From an uncultured Clostridium sp. (GTDB taxonomy: Bacteria; Bacillota; Clostridia; TANB77; CAG-508): a DNA stretch of 64,000 nt. Below the pieces are notes generated by a model. The model worked only from the letters and a program-made list of their open reading frames with translations, made no database searches and had not been told where the DNA came from. A program made the position numbers and the translations under genes. The stretch lies in NCBI GenBank assembly GCA_948469655.1, contig CAOKMF010000004.1, forward strand, positions 11,452 through 75,451, in the 5' to 3' direction. Below are positions 1 to 11,566 of the stretch, piece after piece. The number at the start of each line of letters is the position of its first letter. Position 1 is the stretch's first letter.

Positions 1-3000
1 TATTTTACCGGTTTCCACCACCTGCTGGTACAAATTCCACAGATGATAAATATACTGGTTTGTCTAATTTAATAATAATGTAACGTTCTTCATCTGTACC
101 ATTCCATGCTGAATGATATCTAGTATTATAATTTGCATCAATTGCATTTGTTGCAGCTCCAGCATTATTTGTAGCTTGTGTTGAAACTCCTGCAATAGAT
201 AAATGAGATACTGGTATATATTTTCTTGTATCTGGTTGATTATCAGGGGTAAAATTATATACAGGAGATACAGAACTTGTAAGTTTTGTTCCGGCTTGCA
301 GGCTGTCTTATTTGTACTGTTTTGGTACCTGTTAAATCTGGTGAAGCCGTACTATATGAAATCCATGGGTCTTTTTCTGTATAACGCCATTCTGTATTTA
401 GATTAACACCAATAACTCTATTCTCTAAATCATTTGCAAATAAGTTAGCTGGAAGAGCTTGTTCTGTTATATCTATTTGGAATATAGTGTTATCATTACG
501 AGGAACTCCTTCAATGTTTATATAAATATCATTTGCAGATGTTATAGATGCAATTTCTGTTTCAGTTAACTGCCATTTATGTTCTTCTTCAGCTGTAAAT
601 GAGTTTCCAGTCTTCCATGTTTGTTTTCCATCTAAGCTATATTCAAAACGGAAACCGTTTCCATCAAATTTACTTGCAAATACAAGCTTTCCTGCATTAG
701 CCCCATCAAATGAAAATGTTGCAATAGATTTATCTACTTTTCCAAGTAAATGGTTTGCTTCAAGCCTTGTTAAACTTGGTTGACAAACTCTTGTGACACT
801 ATTAGGAAGTGTACTTGCTTCTTTTAAAGTATTTGTTTGTAAAAGTGTAAATTTATAGGTATTTTCTACACTTGTTAAATGTGGTTTTATTAAATTTGTT
901 AATTGATACATTGGCAATGGGAAATCTTTTAGAGCTTCTGCTAATTCCTCTGCTAAATCACAAAATTGGTCTTCAGTTTTACTATTATTTGCATTATATA
1001 AAAGTATTAAATTATACCATGCGTCAATATTTATAGGTTGTTTTTCTAATGCTTTTCTATATATTAGTTCTTGTCTTTCATATACTTCTTCCTGATTTTC
1101 TAAGTTTCCGCTATATACATCTGCAAGCATAATAACTTCTTCTGCTTTTTCAAAGTTTTCGTAATCATTTAATGCTTCTTGTGCAAGTTGCATGTATACT
1201 ACTGTATATCCCGTAGCAAAGCTTCTATTGTTACCCCAGCCAAGTAACATTCTTTCACCTTTTTCTGATAACGTCCAACCACTTACGTCGTTATCAATAT
1301 TCCAATATCCTTTTCCATAGTATACACTATTAGGATCCATGTTTTGAGTATAATATAGAAGTGCTGCATGTCCTGGTTGACCAATAACAGTTGCCGGTAT
1401 TCCATGAGTTGCACGAATATTTGAACCACTTTTTGATATACCACCACAAACACAACCAGTACCAAATTTATTTCTAAAGTTCATCCATACTTTATACAAT
1501 TTATAATCTGGTGTGCCTCTTGTTACTTTAAATGTATAAGTTTGATTATTTTTACCCCCAGGTATGGTAAATGTCGTATCCCATAAACCAACCTTTTGAA
1601 CTTCGTCTTGAGTAAATTCTGTACCTTTATTATCAGCCTTCTTATTTACTGCAAATAATTTATTAAAATAATCTACATTTTCTTCAGCATAATACCTGCT
1701 ATCCCCGTAATTTGGCCATACATATGCTATATATGGGTGAGGTGTTATATATTTGTATTGTCTATATTTATCTATGTTATCTTGAACATATGCATTTAAC
1801 CATAAAATCTCTTCGTCATCTATTAGATTATTCATAATAAAACGCATTTCTTCAACATTTAGAGTTTCAAACCATTTTGCTATATTCCATGTTTCTCCTA
1901 TTGCTGTTAAATCAAACTTATCATTTTCATACATATATTTATATATTGCATAACGTTTAAGCGCATCTGATTTGTTTTCTGCTGCACCTGATTGCATCCA
2001 TAAACCAACTGTTTGTGTATGTGTTAAAGAAAGTGTAATTGCCATTTTTTTATATAAATCGCCTCTAGTCATACCTTCTGTGCATAAATCATTGTTTATT
2101 ACTGTATTATTTGCAAAATCGCTACTATATTCATCATAAAGTCTAGAAAGCTGAGTTAATGAATTATAATAGTTTCCTCCGTCTGGTGCTCCACCAAGTA
2201 AGTAAAGACGTAAGTTTTCTGCTTTGTCTCTTTCTGCATTATCATCTTTTCCTAATTCACTGTTATACATTAACCAATTAAGTATGTTTTTATTTTCCTC
2301 ATTTTCTGCTATAAAGCGTCTTAGAGCATATGGTCCAACTCTTTTTACAAAAGTTCTTTGTAATAGAGCTAGCTCATAATCTGGATGTTGCTTAATATAT
2401 GTAGCTATATCTGTATTTTCATTTATATTAGCACTCTTTAATATTGCATCTAATTCTGAAAGTAGAGGCACTTCTTCCTCACCAGGCTCTTTATATCCAT
2501 CTTTTATTAATTTTGTATCAGCATAAACAGAATGGTCATTTCCATTAGGACCATTTGAATCTGCTACTAATCTTAAATATTTATTTTGTCTGATATCAAT
2601 TCTAATAGGTGTCGCATTTTCTCCAGGTTTTTTTATAATATCTCCACCTATTGGATCACCCCAGTTAGTTCCATCTTGAGATGTATAAATTCTATATATA
2701 ACACCATTGCTAGAACTAGCAGCGGTTTTATTCATACCTATGTATGCTGTAAAATAATCATAATCATATCCTGTTAAATTATATCTTATATCAGATGTTG
2801 CATGAGCCCATAGTCCTTTATCAAAAGAATAATATCCTCCCTCTACTTTTACAGAAATTAATGAGCCATCAGAAGCTTTATCTTTTATAAAACTTCCCCA
2901 ACCAACCTTTGTATAGGTTGGATCTAAGTCTGATAAATAATAATATTCTGACTCAGTATTTTCTTCTGATTCTTCACTATTTGCAAATACTATAGAAATC

Positions 3001-3105
3001 CCGACTCTCTTTTTGAATAGCTAAAAATACTACAAATAATAAAGTAAAAATAAAAAATATTTTAAATAAAAATTTAAATTTACTATTTCTAATATTCTTT
3101 TCCAT
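1..3105 (-). CDS. Large secreted multidomain protein (more than 1,030 aa; the C-terminus runs past the window start). It has a signal peptide, an N-terminal NPCBM/F5-8 type C (discoidin)-like domain, a central ~600-aa domain with a GTGCVCGG...QPGHAALLYY...NIDND motif (possible Cys/His/Asp hydrolase or transglutaminase-like core, uncertain), and C-terminal discoidin-like domain(s). The frame is broken by extra C before Gly codons near 3003, 290 and 10.
   Basis: Minus-strand ORF 255..2735 (826 aa), extended by hand translation. Start ATG at 3103-3105, RBS AGAGAGGA 8 nt upstream, signal peptide MEKNIRNSKFKFLFKIFFIFTLLFVVFLA. Discoidin-like motifs IYRIYTSQDGTNWGDPI and SAWNGTDEERYIIIKLDKPVYLSSVEFVPAGGGNGKI. 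Confidence 0.6.
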
Positions 3106-3382
3106 TTTAATTTCCTCTCTTTTCTTTGAATAAACTTATATAATTTTATTATACAATATTATGTATGTCATGTAAACATATTATAGCATGTTTTGTAGCT
3201 TTATTTCAACTTTTTAAAGTGATTATCTTTATTAATTATCCTATGTTCCCTTAGGCTTTCAGCTTATTTATCTCTTATATTACATTTACTTTATATTTTC
3301 ATTTCATTTTTGCTACTTATTGTAATAATTACAGGCACTTAAGTATCCGTAAGATACATGGTATTTTATTCTTATTTTTATC

Positions 3383-3411
3383 TTGTATTACACTAAAACT
3401 TGTAGTATAAT
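3383..3411 (+). promoter_or_regulatory. Putative sigma-A promoter of purH: -35 TTGTAT (3383-3388), 17-nt spacer, -10 TATAAT (3406-3411).
   Basis: Hexamers read directly from the sequence ~55 nt upstream of the purH start. Confidence 0.4.
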
Positions 3412-3466
3412 GTGTTTGGAAAATATGAGAAAAGGCAAAAACAAAATTTAATATATGGAGGTATAT

Positions 3467-5014
3467 ATGAAAGCTTTAATTAGTGTATCAGACAAAACAG
3501 GTATCGTGGCATTTGCAAAAGAATTAGAAAAACTTGGCACCGAGATTATTTCAACAGGTGGTACATATAAAAAACTTAAAGAAGAAGGAATCTTGGCTAC
3601 TGAAATTTCTGAGCTTACAGGTTTCCCTGAATGTTTAGATGGAAGGGTTAAAACCCTGCATCCAAAAGTTCATGCAGGAATACTTGCTATGAGAGCAAAA
3701 GAAGAACATATGAAACAACTACAAGATTTAGATATTGATACAATAGATTTCGTTGTTGTCAATCTTTATCCATTTAAAGAAACAATTTTAAAACCTAACG
3801 TTACACGTGAAGAATGCGTTGAAAACATTGACATTGGTGGTCCAACAATGCTTAGAAGTGCTGCTAAAAATTATCAAGATGTAACAGTAATAACTGACCC
3901 AAATGATTATGAGATTGTTTTAAATGAATTAAAGCAAAATAAAGCTGTATCGCTTGATACAAAATTCTATCTAATGAATAAAGTTTTCGAACATACTGCA
4001 AATTATGATGCAATGATTGCGTCTTTCATCAAATCTGAAAGAAAAGATGAAAGTTTTCCTGAAGCTCTAACTTTTACTTATGAAAAAGTTCAAGAAATGA
4101 GATATGGAGAAAATCCACATCAAAAAGCTTGTCTTTATAAAGAAATTGGTAAATGTAAAGGCTCTCTTGTATCTGCTAAACAGCTAAATGGAAAAGAGCT
4201 TTCATTTAATAATATTAATGATACAAATGGCGCTTTAGAATTATTAAAAGAATTTGATGAGCCAACTGTTGTTGCTTGCAAACACGGAAACCCTTGTGGT
4301 GTTGGATCTAGCTCTGATATTTATGAAGCATGGACTAAAGCATTTAACGCTGATAAGACCTCTATATTTGGAGGAATTGTTACAGTAAATAGAGAAATAA
4401 CAAAGAAAATGGCTGAAGAAATGAAAGAAATTTTCTTAGAGGTTATTGTTGCTCCTTCTTTTGAAAAAGAGGCTCTCGAATTATTAAAAACAAAGAAAAA
4501 CTTAAGACTTTTAGAATTACCTGAAATCTCAGTTAAACAACCTGAAGGTTCTTTAGACATTAAAAAAATTAATGGTGGTGTCATAGTTCAAACAATAGAT
4601 TCAAAACTTCTAGATAATTATGAAGTTGTAACTGATAGAAAACCTACTGATAAAGAACTTGAAGATATGATGTTTGGACTTAAAGTTGTAAAATTTGCTA
4701 AATCTAATGGTATTGTTTTAGCAAAGAATAAACAAACAATAGGAATTGGCCCTGGCCAAGTAAATCGTATTTGGGCATTAAAACAATGTATAGAACATTC
4801 AAAAGAACTAATTGGAGATGAGGTAACAAAAGGAGCAGTACTTGCATCTGATGCATTCTTCCCTTTTTCAGATTGTGTTGAAGCTGCACATGAGGCTGGA
4901 ATCACTGCAATTGTTCAGCCAGGAGGATCTATTCGTGATCAAGAGTCTATTGATAAATGCAATGAGTATGGAATTAGTATGATTTTTACTGGTATGAGAC
5001 ATTTTAAACACTAG
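3467..5014 (+). CDS. purH: Bifunctional AICAR transformylase / IMP cyclohydrolase PurH. Intact: no frameshifts.
   Basis: N-terminus [37 protein letters not shown]...[15 protein letters not shown] is the classic MGS-like/AICARFT-IMPCHase pattern. RBS GGAGG at 3457-3461, 5 nt before the ATG at 3467 (the ORF track starts at an upstream in-frame ATG at 3455). Stop TAG at 5012-5014. Confidence 0.95.
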   Translation: MKALISVSDKTGIVAFAKELEKLGTEIISTGGTYKKLKEEGILATEISELTGFPECLDGRVKTLHPKVHAGILAMRAKEEHMKQLQDLDIDTIDFVVVNLYPFKETILKPNVTREECVENIDIGGPTMLRSAAKNYQDVTVITDPNDYEIVLNELKQNKAVSLDTKFYLMNKVFEHTANYDAMIASFIKSERKDESFPEALTFTYEKVQEMRYGENPHQKACLYKEIGKCKGSLVSAKQLNGKELSFNNINDTNGALELLKEFDEPTVVACKHGNPCGVGSSSDIYEAWTKAFNADKTSIFGGIVTVNREITKKMAEEMKEIFLEVIVAPSFEKEALELLKTKKNLRLLELPEISVKQPEGSLDIKKINGGVIVQTIDSKLLDNYEVVTDRKPTDKELEDMMFGLKVVKFAKSNGIVLAKNKQTIGIGPGQVNRIWALKQCIEHSKELIGDEVTKGAVLASDAFFPFSDCVEAAHEAGITAIVQPGGSIRDQESIDKCNEYGISMIFTGMRHFKH

Positions 5015-5157
5015 AAGTTCAAAAAATAAACTTCGTATTACGTCGTTAATTTTGCTTCAAAAATCCTCAACGTACACCAGTACATCTCCGGTATTTTGAA
5101 GCAAAATTGCCTAGTACTACTTGTTTCTTTTTTGAACTATTCAGAGAGAACTTCGCC

Positions 5158-5338
5158 AAAAGTCCGCGACAGGCAGTCTATATATTTTTTTTAATCTGCG
5201 AGTTCGACCTGACAAGATTTCTCATTGCGACTAATAGCAATTCGTATCTACACACAAACAAGCGGTTAAACTAAACGCCTTGGAGAACGGAACAGTTAAA
5301 AAACAATATATAACTGCCTTGGCATGACATCGTTAAAC
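5158..5338. repeat. Copy A of a ~180-bp palindromic intergenic element. A long inverted repeat (about 5172-5202 and 5288-5318) flanks a ~85-nt variable core. It is noticeably more GC-rich than its surroundings and lies between purH and dapB.
   Basis: Left arm GGCAGTCTATATATTTTTTTTAATCTGCGAG, right arm CGGAACAGTTAAAAAACAATATATAACTGCC, which is the reverse complement of the left arm. A second copy lies at 7491..7672. Confidence 0.6.
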
Positions 5339-5385
5339 CTAAACTCTCTGAATTCTTATAAATCATAAATGAAAGGAATTAAAAA

Positions 5386-6132
5386 TATGGATATATTAGT
5401 TAGTGGAGCACTTCGGAAGAATGGGAAAGGAAGTTATAGATTGCATAGAGAAAGAACCTGATTTGAATTTTGTATGTGGTTTTAACCAATTTGCAGGAAG
5501 TGTATGTGATGTTCCTGTATATGACAAGATTTTGGATATAAAAGAAACTCCTGATGTTATTATAGATTTCTCTCATGTTCATTTAACTTTAGAAATATTA
5601 AAATATGCAAATGAAAAGCATATTCCAATTGTTATTGCAACTACTGGCTTTAATAGTGAGCAGGAAAAAATATTAGAAGAATCTGCTAAAACCTTACCAA
5701 TCTTTAAATCTGCAAATATGTCTTTTGATATAAATCTTATGTGTAGATTGGTATCTGAGATTGCTCCATTATTTACAAATTCTGATATAGAAATAACAGA
5801 AACACATCATAGAAATAAAGTAGATGCACCAAGTGGAACTGCTCTTCTTCTTGCAAATAGCATAAATGATGCAGTTCGGTGGAAAAATGAAATATGTGTA
5901 TAATAGACATGATTTATCTAGGAAAAGAGACGATGACGAAATCGGTATTACTTCTATTCGTGGTGGTAATATTGTAGGAGAACATACTGTACAATTCTTT
6001 GGACTAAATGATACGTTTGAAATAAAACACACATCTTATTCTAGGTCTGTTTTTGCAGAAGGAGCAGTTAAAGCTGCTAAGTTTATTAAGGATAAACCAA
6101 ATGGACTTTATTCAATGAATGATATGGTATAA
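5386..6132 (+). CDS. dapB: 4-hydroxy-tetrahydrodipicolinate reductase DapB. Reading frame interrupted by an extra C at 5414 (CTT-C-GGA) and at 5877 (GTT-C-GGT).
   Basis: Removing the two Cs gives MDILVSGALGRMGKEVIDCIEKEPDLNFVCGF...INDAVGGKMKYVYNRHDLSRKRDDDEIGITSIRGGNIVGEHTVQFFGLNDTFEIKHTSYSRSVFAEGAVKAAKFIKDKPNGLYSMNDMV. The GxxGxxG NAD(P)-binding motif and the DapB C-terminal domain are present. Confidence 0.85.
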
Positions 6133-6139
6133 TAATAAA

Positions 6140-6180
6140 AATGATGTAATTCCTTGGAAAGAATTACATCATTTTTTATT
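6140..6180. terminator. Bidirectional rho-independent terminator between dapB (+) and the gltD-like gene (-).
   Basis: Hairpin AATGATGTAATTC-cttggaaa-GAATTACATCATT followed by a T-run. Confidence 0.6.
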
Positions 6181-6181
6181 T

Positions 6182-7426
6182 TAACTTCTCATATATTTTC
6201 TCTGCTGCGTTTCTTCCGAGACATTGCTGCCCATGCAACAGTTGATTTTTCTCCGAACCAAATCACCTGATGCAAACACATTTTCCATTGATGTCTCCAT
6301 ATTTTCGTCTACTTTAATGTATCCCCATTCGTTTAATTCTAGTCCTAATTTTTCTAATACATTTTTATCTGGATTTGAACCGAAGTGCCATAATTACAAA
6401 GTCCATTTTTGCTTTATAGTTTGAGCCTTCTATATTTACTGGTCTTTCTCTATCTCCCTCTACTGCCACAAGCTCTGTTTTTATACACTCAATTTCTTCT
6501 ACATATGATTTCCCTAAGATTTTAACGATATTATTTTGAAACCAAAATTCTACTCCTTCTCGCATTGCATCTTCTACTTCTTCGTCTTCTGCGGGCATTT
6601 GCTCTCTTGCTCTTCTATATATTACAATTGTTTTCTTAGCATTTTTCTTATTTACTGTTCTTGCTACATCCATTGCAGTATTTCCGCCACCTATTACACA
6701 AACTATCTTGTCCCTAAAATCTGGAAAATCTTCATATTCTAAAAGTTCATTTCCACCATATACTCCTTCTAGCTCTTCACCGACCTATGTTCATTTTAGA
6801 AGATATATTTGCTCCAAATGAAAGTAAAACTGCATCATACTTTTCTTTTAGCTCTTCTAAAGTAAAATCTTTTCCAAGCTCTTTTCCTAAAAATACTTCT
6901 ACACCTAAATCTAAAATTTTCCCTACTGCATTTTTTATAACTTCTCTTGGAAGTCTAAAATCAGGTATACCATGAGATAAAAGTCCTCCGTATTTCTTTA
7001 TGTTTTTCATATATGTGAGTCTTAAATCCTCTTCTTGCAAGGAAAGCTGCAGCTGTAATTCCAGATGGGCCTCCGCCAACAATTGCAACTTTTTTATTTT
7101 TATCTTCTTCTAGCTTTTCTATTTTCCAGTTCTCTTTTATCGCCATATCTCCGAATAAAACTTTCAAGTTTTCCAATCGATACAGGCTCTCCTTTTATTC
7201 CTCTTACACATTTTCCTTGGCATTGCTTCGAATGTGGGCATATTCTCCCACATATTGGCTGCAATACTGTTGTATCTAGTAATACTTCATATGCTTTTTT
7301 ATATCCCTTTTCTTTTATGCATTTTATAAATTCTGTTATATCATTTCCAAGGGGGCAACCACTTCTACATGGCTTTGTTTTACAACTTAAACAGTATGAC
7401 GCAAGTTTTTGAATCTCTTCTTCCAT
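6182..7426 (-). CDS. NAD(P)H-dependent Fe-S/FAD oxidoreductase of the glutamate synthase small-subunit (GltD) family. Frame broken by at least 6 extra C before Gly codons.
   Basis: N-terminal Cys clusters [19 protein letters not shown]...[22 protein letters not shown]-binding motif [32 protein letters not shown]. Reconstructed C-terminus ...[71 protein letters not shown]. Confidence 0.75.
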
Positions 7427-7490
7427 TTTCTATTACATCTCTTTTCTATATATTTTTTAGATTTTACAGATTCATAGCTTACTCTTGCTT

Positions 7491-7672
7491 AAGGTCCGCG
7501 ACAAGGGGTCTATATATTTTTTTTAATCTGCGAGTAGCGACCATTTTGGCTTTCCTATAGCGAATACAACAGAGTGTGTATCTGATATATGAAAAGTATG
7601 TGTCTTAAACGCCTTGGAGCGCGGAACAGTTAAAAAACAATATATAACCCCTTAGGCAGGACATCTTTAAAC
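7491..7672. repeat. Copy B of the ~180-bp palindromic intergenic element (arms about 7504-7535 and 7622-7653), in the region upstream of the gltD-like gene.
   Basis: Arms AAGGGGTCTATATATTTTTTTTAATCTGCGAG and CGGAACAGTTAAAAAACAATATATAACCCCTT. Relative to copy A the outer stem differs by paired changes (GGCAG/CTGCC versus AAGGG/CCCTT) that preserve complementarity. Confidence 0.6.
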
Positions 7673-7696
7673 TGAATAGCTATGAATATTGAATAT

Positions 7697-8203
7697 ATAT
7701 ACATATTTATTCCGCTTCTAATCTTTGTTTTGCTTCCTTCAAATCTCTCCAAAAATCTATCTTCTTACTCTCATCACGAAGAAGTGCTGCAGGGTGCCAA
7801 GTTGGCATATACCATATCCCATTCTTTTCTACCCATGTACCACGAGAGCTAGTTATACCATATTCTTCACCTAAAATATTTTTTAAGGCAACACTTCCGA
7901 AGTAAAACTATAACTTTTGGCTTAACTAGCATTACCTGAGCTCTTAGATAATCTATACAGGCTTCTGCCTCATCTTTTTCAGGGTTTCTGTTTTGTGGTG
8001 GTCTACACTTTACAATGTTTGCAATATATACATCTTCTCTTTTTATTCCAAGTCCGAATAAAAGCCTTGTTCATAAGCTGTCCTGCTTTTCCTACAAAAG
8101 GTTCACCGCTCCCTATCCTCGTCTGCTCCCGGTCCTTCTCCTATAAGCACAAGATTCGCATTTCTATTTCCGAACTCCAAATACAATATTTTGTCTCGTG
8201 CCA
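7697..8203 (-). CDS. Uracil-DNA glycosylase, family 4. Frame broken by 3 extra C before Gly codons.
   Basis: Reconstructed MARDKILYLEFGNRNANLVLIGEGPGADEDREGEPFVGKAGQLMNKAFIGLGIKREDVYIANIVKCRPPQNRNPEKDEAEACIDYLRAQVMLVKPKVIVLLGSVALKNILGEEYGITSSRGTWVEKNGIWYMPTWHPAALLRDESKKIDFWRDLKEAKQRLEAE. The GEGPG, FVG.AG and HPAALLR motifs are present. Confidence 0.8.
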
Positions 8204-8279
8204 TGTAATTTACACTTTTTACATTCTTTTATTCCTTCTTCTAATTCTTCCCATGAACTATACATATTTAATACACCTT

Positions 8280-9203
8280 CTATATTACAGCTTGTTCTAC
8301 TAATTTTATTTTTTCTTTTGCTTGAGTATCAATCACTGCATTTACTCCAATCGGAATTACAGTTTTCAAAAGTCCATGTCCAAAATTATCTGATTTAATA
8401 ATTGGGAAATTATAATTATTCTCTAATGTATCAAGAACAATTTGTTCTAAAGTAATTCCGCTTTCATGCTCATAATTTCCGTATCCATAAGCCCTTTATT
8501 TTATCAAACACGCCGGTTTTGCACACATTTGTATAGATAATTAGAAACCATTCCAGGGGGACTTTCAAATCCTAAATCTTCAATAAATAGTATCTTATCT
8601 TCTAAATCTACTGTGTATTTTCCAGTTATTAAATTTGAAAACAGACATAAATTTCCACCGAACTAACTTTCCGCTTCCCTTTCCTTCTCTTACCACTTTA
8701 AACTCGTCTTCATCTGTTCCAAGTTTTAAATCTTTATCAAGAAATCTCTTTATAACTTCTTTATATCCATAGTCAGTCTCTTCATCACTTAAAGATTTAA
8801 AGTTTGGTCCATGAAACGTAACAAGTCCTGTGCTTGCATTTATAATGTTTAAAACAGAGGTTGGATCACTATAACCACAAATTATTTTAGGGTTATCTTT
8901 TATCATATCATAATCTAAATAATCAAAAACAGAATTACAATTAAACCCACCGCATTGTACAAAATATGCCGGTTTATACTTTTATCCTTAAACATTTCAT
9001 TCAAATCTTCTGCTTTGTGTTTTGCTGTTTCCCCATATCCAAGTGGATTTTCATATGCGTATTTCCCAAACTTTACATTTAAACCGAAGACCTTCCATCT
9101 TTTTAACTGATTTTTGTACTTCTTCTATTTCTTCAGACGTAATTGGATCTGATAAAGAAACAACCCCAATGGTATCTCCTTTTTTTAACTTGTTTGGTAT
9201 CAA
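8280..9203 (-). CDS. ldcA: LD-carboxypeptidase (S66 peptidase, LdcA family). Frame broken by at least 5 extra C before Gly codons.
   Basis: TTG start with RBS GGAGGA 7 nt upstream. Reconstructed ...LKKGDTIGVVSLSDPI...KSINGIFCTMGGFNCNSVFDYLDYDMIKDNPKIICGYSDPTSVLNI...GSGKLVGGNLCLFSNLITGKYTVDLEDKILFIEDLGFESPPGMVSNYLYKCVQNGVFDKIKGLWIGNYEHESGITLEQIV...GHGLLKTVIPIGVNAVID. Confidence 0.8.
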
Positions 9204-9215
9204 TTTAGTTTCCTC

Positions 9216-10742
9216 CTATCTCCTTAGTAATTCATCAAGCTCCTCCTTAGACAGCTTTAAATCCTTAAACCTAATTGCCGCCTCAAGTTTAAGTGACTTT
9301 GGCATGTCTTCAAGATGCTTATTTAAAAAGTCTACATTTCCTTCTTTATATGCATACTTAATAATTTTTTCTTTAATATCTAGGTTTGAAATATAATTAT
9401 AATTCTCATACAAAAATTCATAATTTTCTTCATTAAGTATAACCTTTAAAATAGTATTTTTCAAATCTCCATCATCTATTGCTTTAAAATTTTTGTAGAC
9501 AAAACTAATATTTCCTTTTCTATACTCAGCAAGCAAAATTTCATTTTTTACTTTTGGGTTAATTGAATCCAAATATTTTGCAACAATATTTAGGTCTCCT
9601 TGTTTATAAATTTCTTCTATAAATTCTGTCCTAATGTCTATCTTGCTACTATTCATATCAATTTCAAGGTCCATAAATCTACCTTGTCTATATTTATTAT
9701 ATAATTCCTCTTTTAATTTATTTCCTTCTTCATGAACTTTATCTTTTACACTTTTTGCTTCAAAATACTTTCTCTGTACCCCTTTTAATTCTTTTTTATG
9801 CATTTTAACAAAATCTTCTCTTCCGGTCTTTTAATGCAAGCCTTACTAAATTCTTTCTAGTTTCTTTATCTAATTCTTTAAATACACTTTCTACATAGTC
9901 CATATCATTTTTTAAATATGCATCCTTTGCCCTTGCCTCATAGCTTATATAGTAATTTTCTTTTCCAATAGACTCTAAACCATGTCTATAAAGAAATGCA
10001 CCTGTATATGAAATATCAATTTTATAATCTCGGATTAGTGTCCTATATTTCCAAATTCTTTCTTTGATATTTGCCATGTTATAATCAACCATTTGCTTTA
10101 CTTTATCAAGGCCTTTAGTTCCTCTTACTGTTTTTCCGCTCCATCATCCATAAATAAACACTATCTGTTGTAAGTACTGCTTCCCTTGGCACTTTAAAAT
10201 CTATTAATCTCTTACAATACTCTTCTGGTAGATTCTCATTTGTATACAAAAGTTCTGCTTTGCTGTTTTGGAATTTACCAAAAACTGTGCATCCGCGAAA
10301 ATCACATTTTCTAACATCAGCAGATATTTCTTTTATAGTTTTTCCGGTCTAGTGAAATAATAATTGGTCTAATAGTTCCCATATTTATTGTACACTTTGT
10401 ATTTTTTAGATTTATCTTTGACTGGACAAATATCTTTTTCCCATTATTTCTTTCTCTTGAGTACCCTGGCATAAAATCATGAAGATAAAAATCTGATAAA
10501 TCTTCTCCTTCAAAATCCATATCAGGAAGTTCTAAATAAAGAGGTCTTCTTTCTATCTTGCGTGTCCTCTTATTAAAAGCTTCTGAACATTTATCTCTAT
10601 AGTCTGACGCATATTCTAAAGCATCTATTTTATCTAAACTATTAAATTTTTCCCATGTCATAACTTTTTCATGTTTAAATTTTGACATATTCTCAAATTT
10701 CATAAGCTGTCTATAAAGTATTATTTTTGCCTGCTCGTCCAT
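9216..10742 (-). CDS. Hypothetical protein of ~508 aa with no recognisable domain. Frame broken by 3 extra C before GGA codons.
   Basis: The three minus-strand ORFs 10317..10742, 9805..10092 and 9216..9803 join into one frame once a C is removed at each junction (...SLDGKTIKEIS..., ...MMEGKTVRGTKG..., ...ALKDGREDFVKMHKK...). RBS AGAGGTGA upstream of the ATG at 10742. Confidence 0.6.
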
Positions 10743-10785
10743 TTTCTCACCTCTTTTTTCTATTAAATAGAAAAATCGTATTTTC

Positions 10786-11526
10786 TTATATGAGTGTAAT
10801 TATACCTGTGTTTCTTCCTGCCTTTTCTTTATCTTCCCTGTATGAGTGCATTTTATTCTTCTCACACTTTGTACAAATCCCACTATCTATAATATTTGCT
10901 TCTCTTAATCCTTCTTTTTTTAATATTACCTTATTTATAAGTACAGTGTCAATATAATATTTATTATTATCCTCAGATTTTTTTATAATATCTTTAATTT
11001 CTTTAAAACCTTTAAATTTTTCATAAAACATATCCTTCACATCTTCGCTAACTTCAAAGCAACAATCTCTTATGCTAGGAGATATACAGCAAATCAAATT
11101 CTTGGGTTCTACATTATATTCTGTTTTTAAAATTCTAACCGCATTTTTTGCAATTTCTCCATATGTGCCTTTCCATCCTGAATGTATACACGCTATAACA
11201 TTTTGAATAGGGTCATAAAAGTAAAGACAAATGCAATCTGCAAAAGTAAGTGATAATACTTTATTTTGTTTATCTGTAATTAATCCATCTGTCTCCTGAA
11301 ATTCAGGAGTATATATTCCAGGAATTTGGTCATCTACACATTTAATATTTGTGCTGTGTGTCTGAGAAGGTCTATATATATTTCTTAAGTTTAAATTTAA
11401 AGATGTACAAATTTTCTCATAATCTTTTTTTACACTTTCCATATCACCTATATTAAAATCTAAAGGTTTTAACGTATAACAATGCTTAATTTTATCAGAA
11501 AACTCAAGCAATTTCCTAAACTGCAA
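10786..11526 (-). CDS. pgeF: Peptidoglycan editing factor PgeF / YfiH-family (DUF152) purine-nucleoside phosphorylase / laccase-domain protein. Intact, TTG start.
   Basis: 246-aa ORF with HCYT(L) resembling the conserved HxFTTR/HC motif, and CIHSGWKG...CISPSIRDCCFEVSEDV. Confidence 0.75.
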   Translation of the reverse strand: MQFRKLLEFSDKIKHCYTLKPLDFNIGDMESVKKDYEKICTSLNLNLRNIYRPSQTHSTNIKCVDDQIPGIYTPEFQETDGLITDKQNKVLSLTFADCICLYFYDPIQNVIACIHSGWKGTYGEIAKNAVRILKTEYNVEPKNLICCISPSIRDCCFEVSEDVKDMFYEKFKGFKEIKDIIKKSEDNNKYYIDTVLINKVILKKEGLREANIIDSGICTKCEKNKMHSYREDKEKAGRNTGIITLI

Positions 11527-11566
11527 GTATTCTATATCTTTATCTTTAATATGTATTACACTTTTA

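Noticed and set aside
5040-5150. Lysine (L-box) or purine riboswitch in the leader regions of dapB and purH.
   Set aside because: The conserved riboswitch core motifs are not present. The dapB upstream region is instead occupied by the palindromic repeat element.
6355-6375. tRNA-like T-loop string (GGTTCAAATCC) at about 6360.
   Set aside because: It lies inside the gltD-like coding sequence on the coding strand and there is no acceptor or anticodon stem structure around it. No tRNA or rRNA genes were found in the window.
6224-6424. Small plus-strand ORFs overlapping gltD, UDG, ldcA, addB, ogg and the PBP (6224..6424, 7995..8303, 12124..12351, 14459..14785, 16041..16262, 18141..18644 and others).
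   Set aside because: Antisense to reconstructed full-length genes with clear homology. No independent start or RBS evidence.
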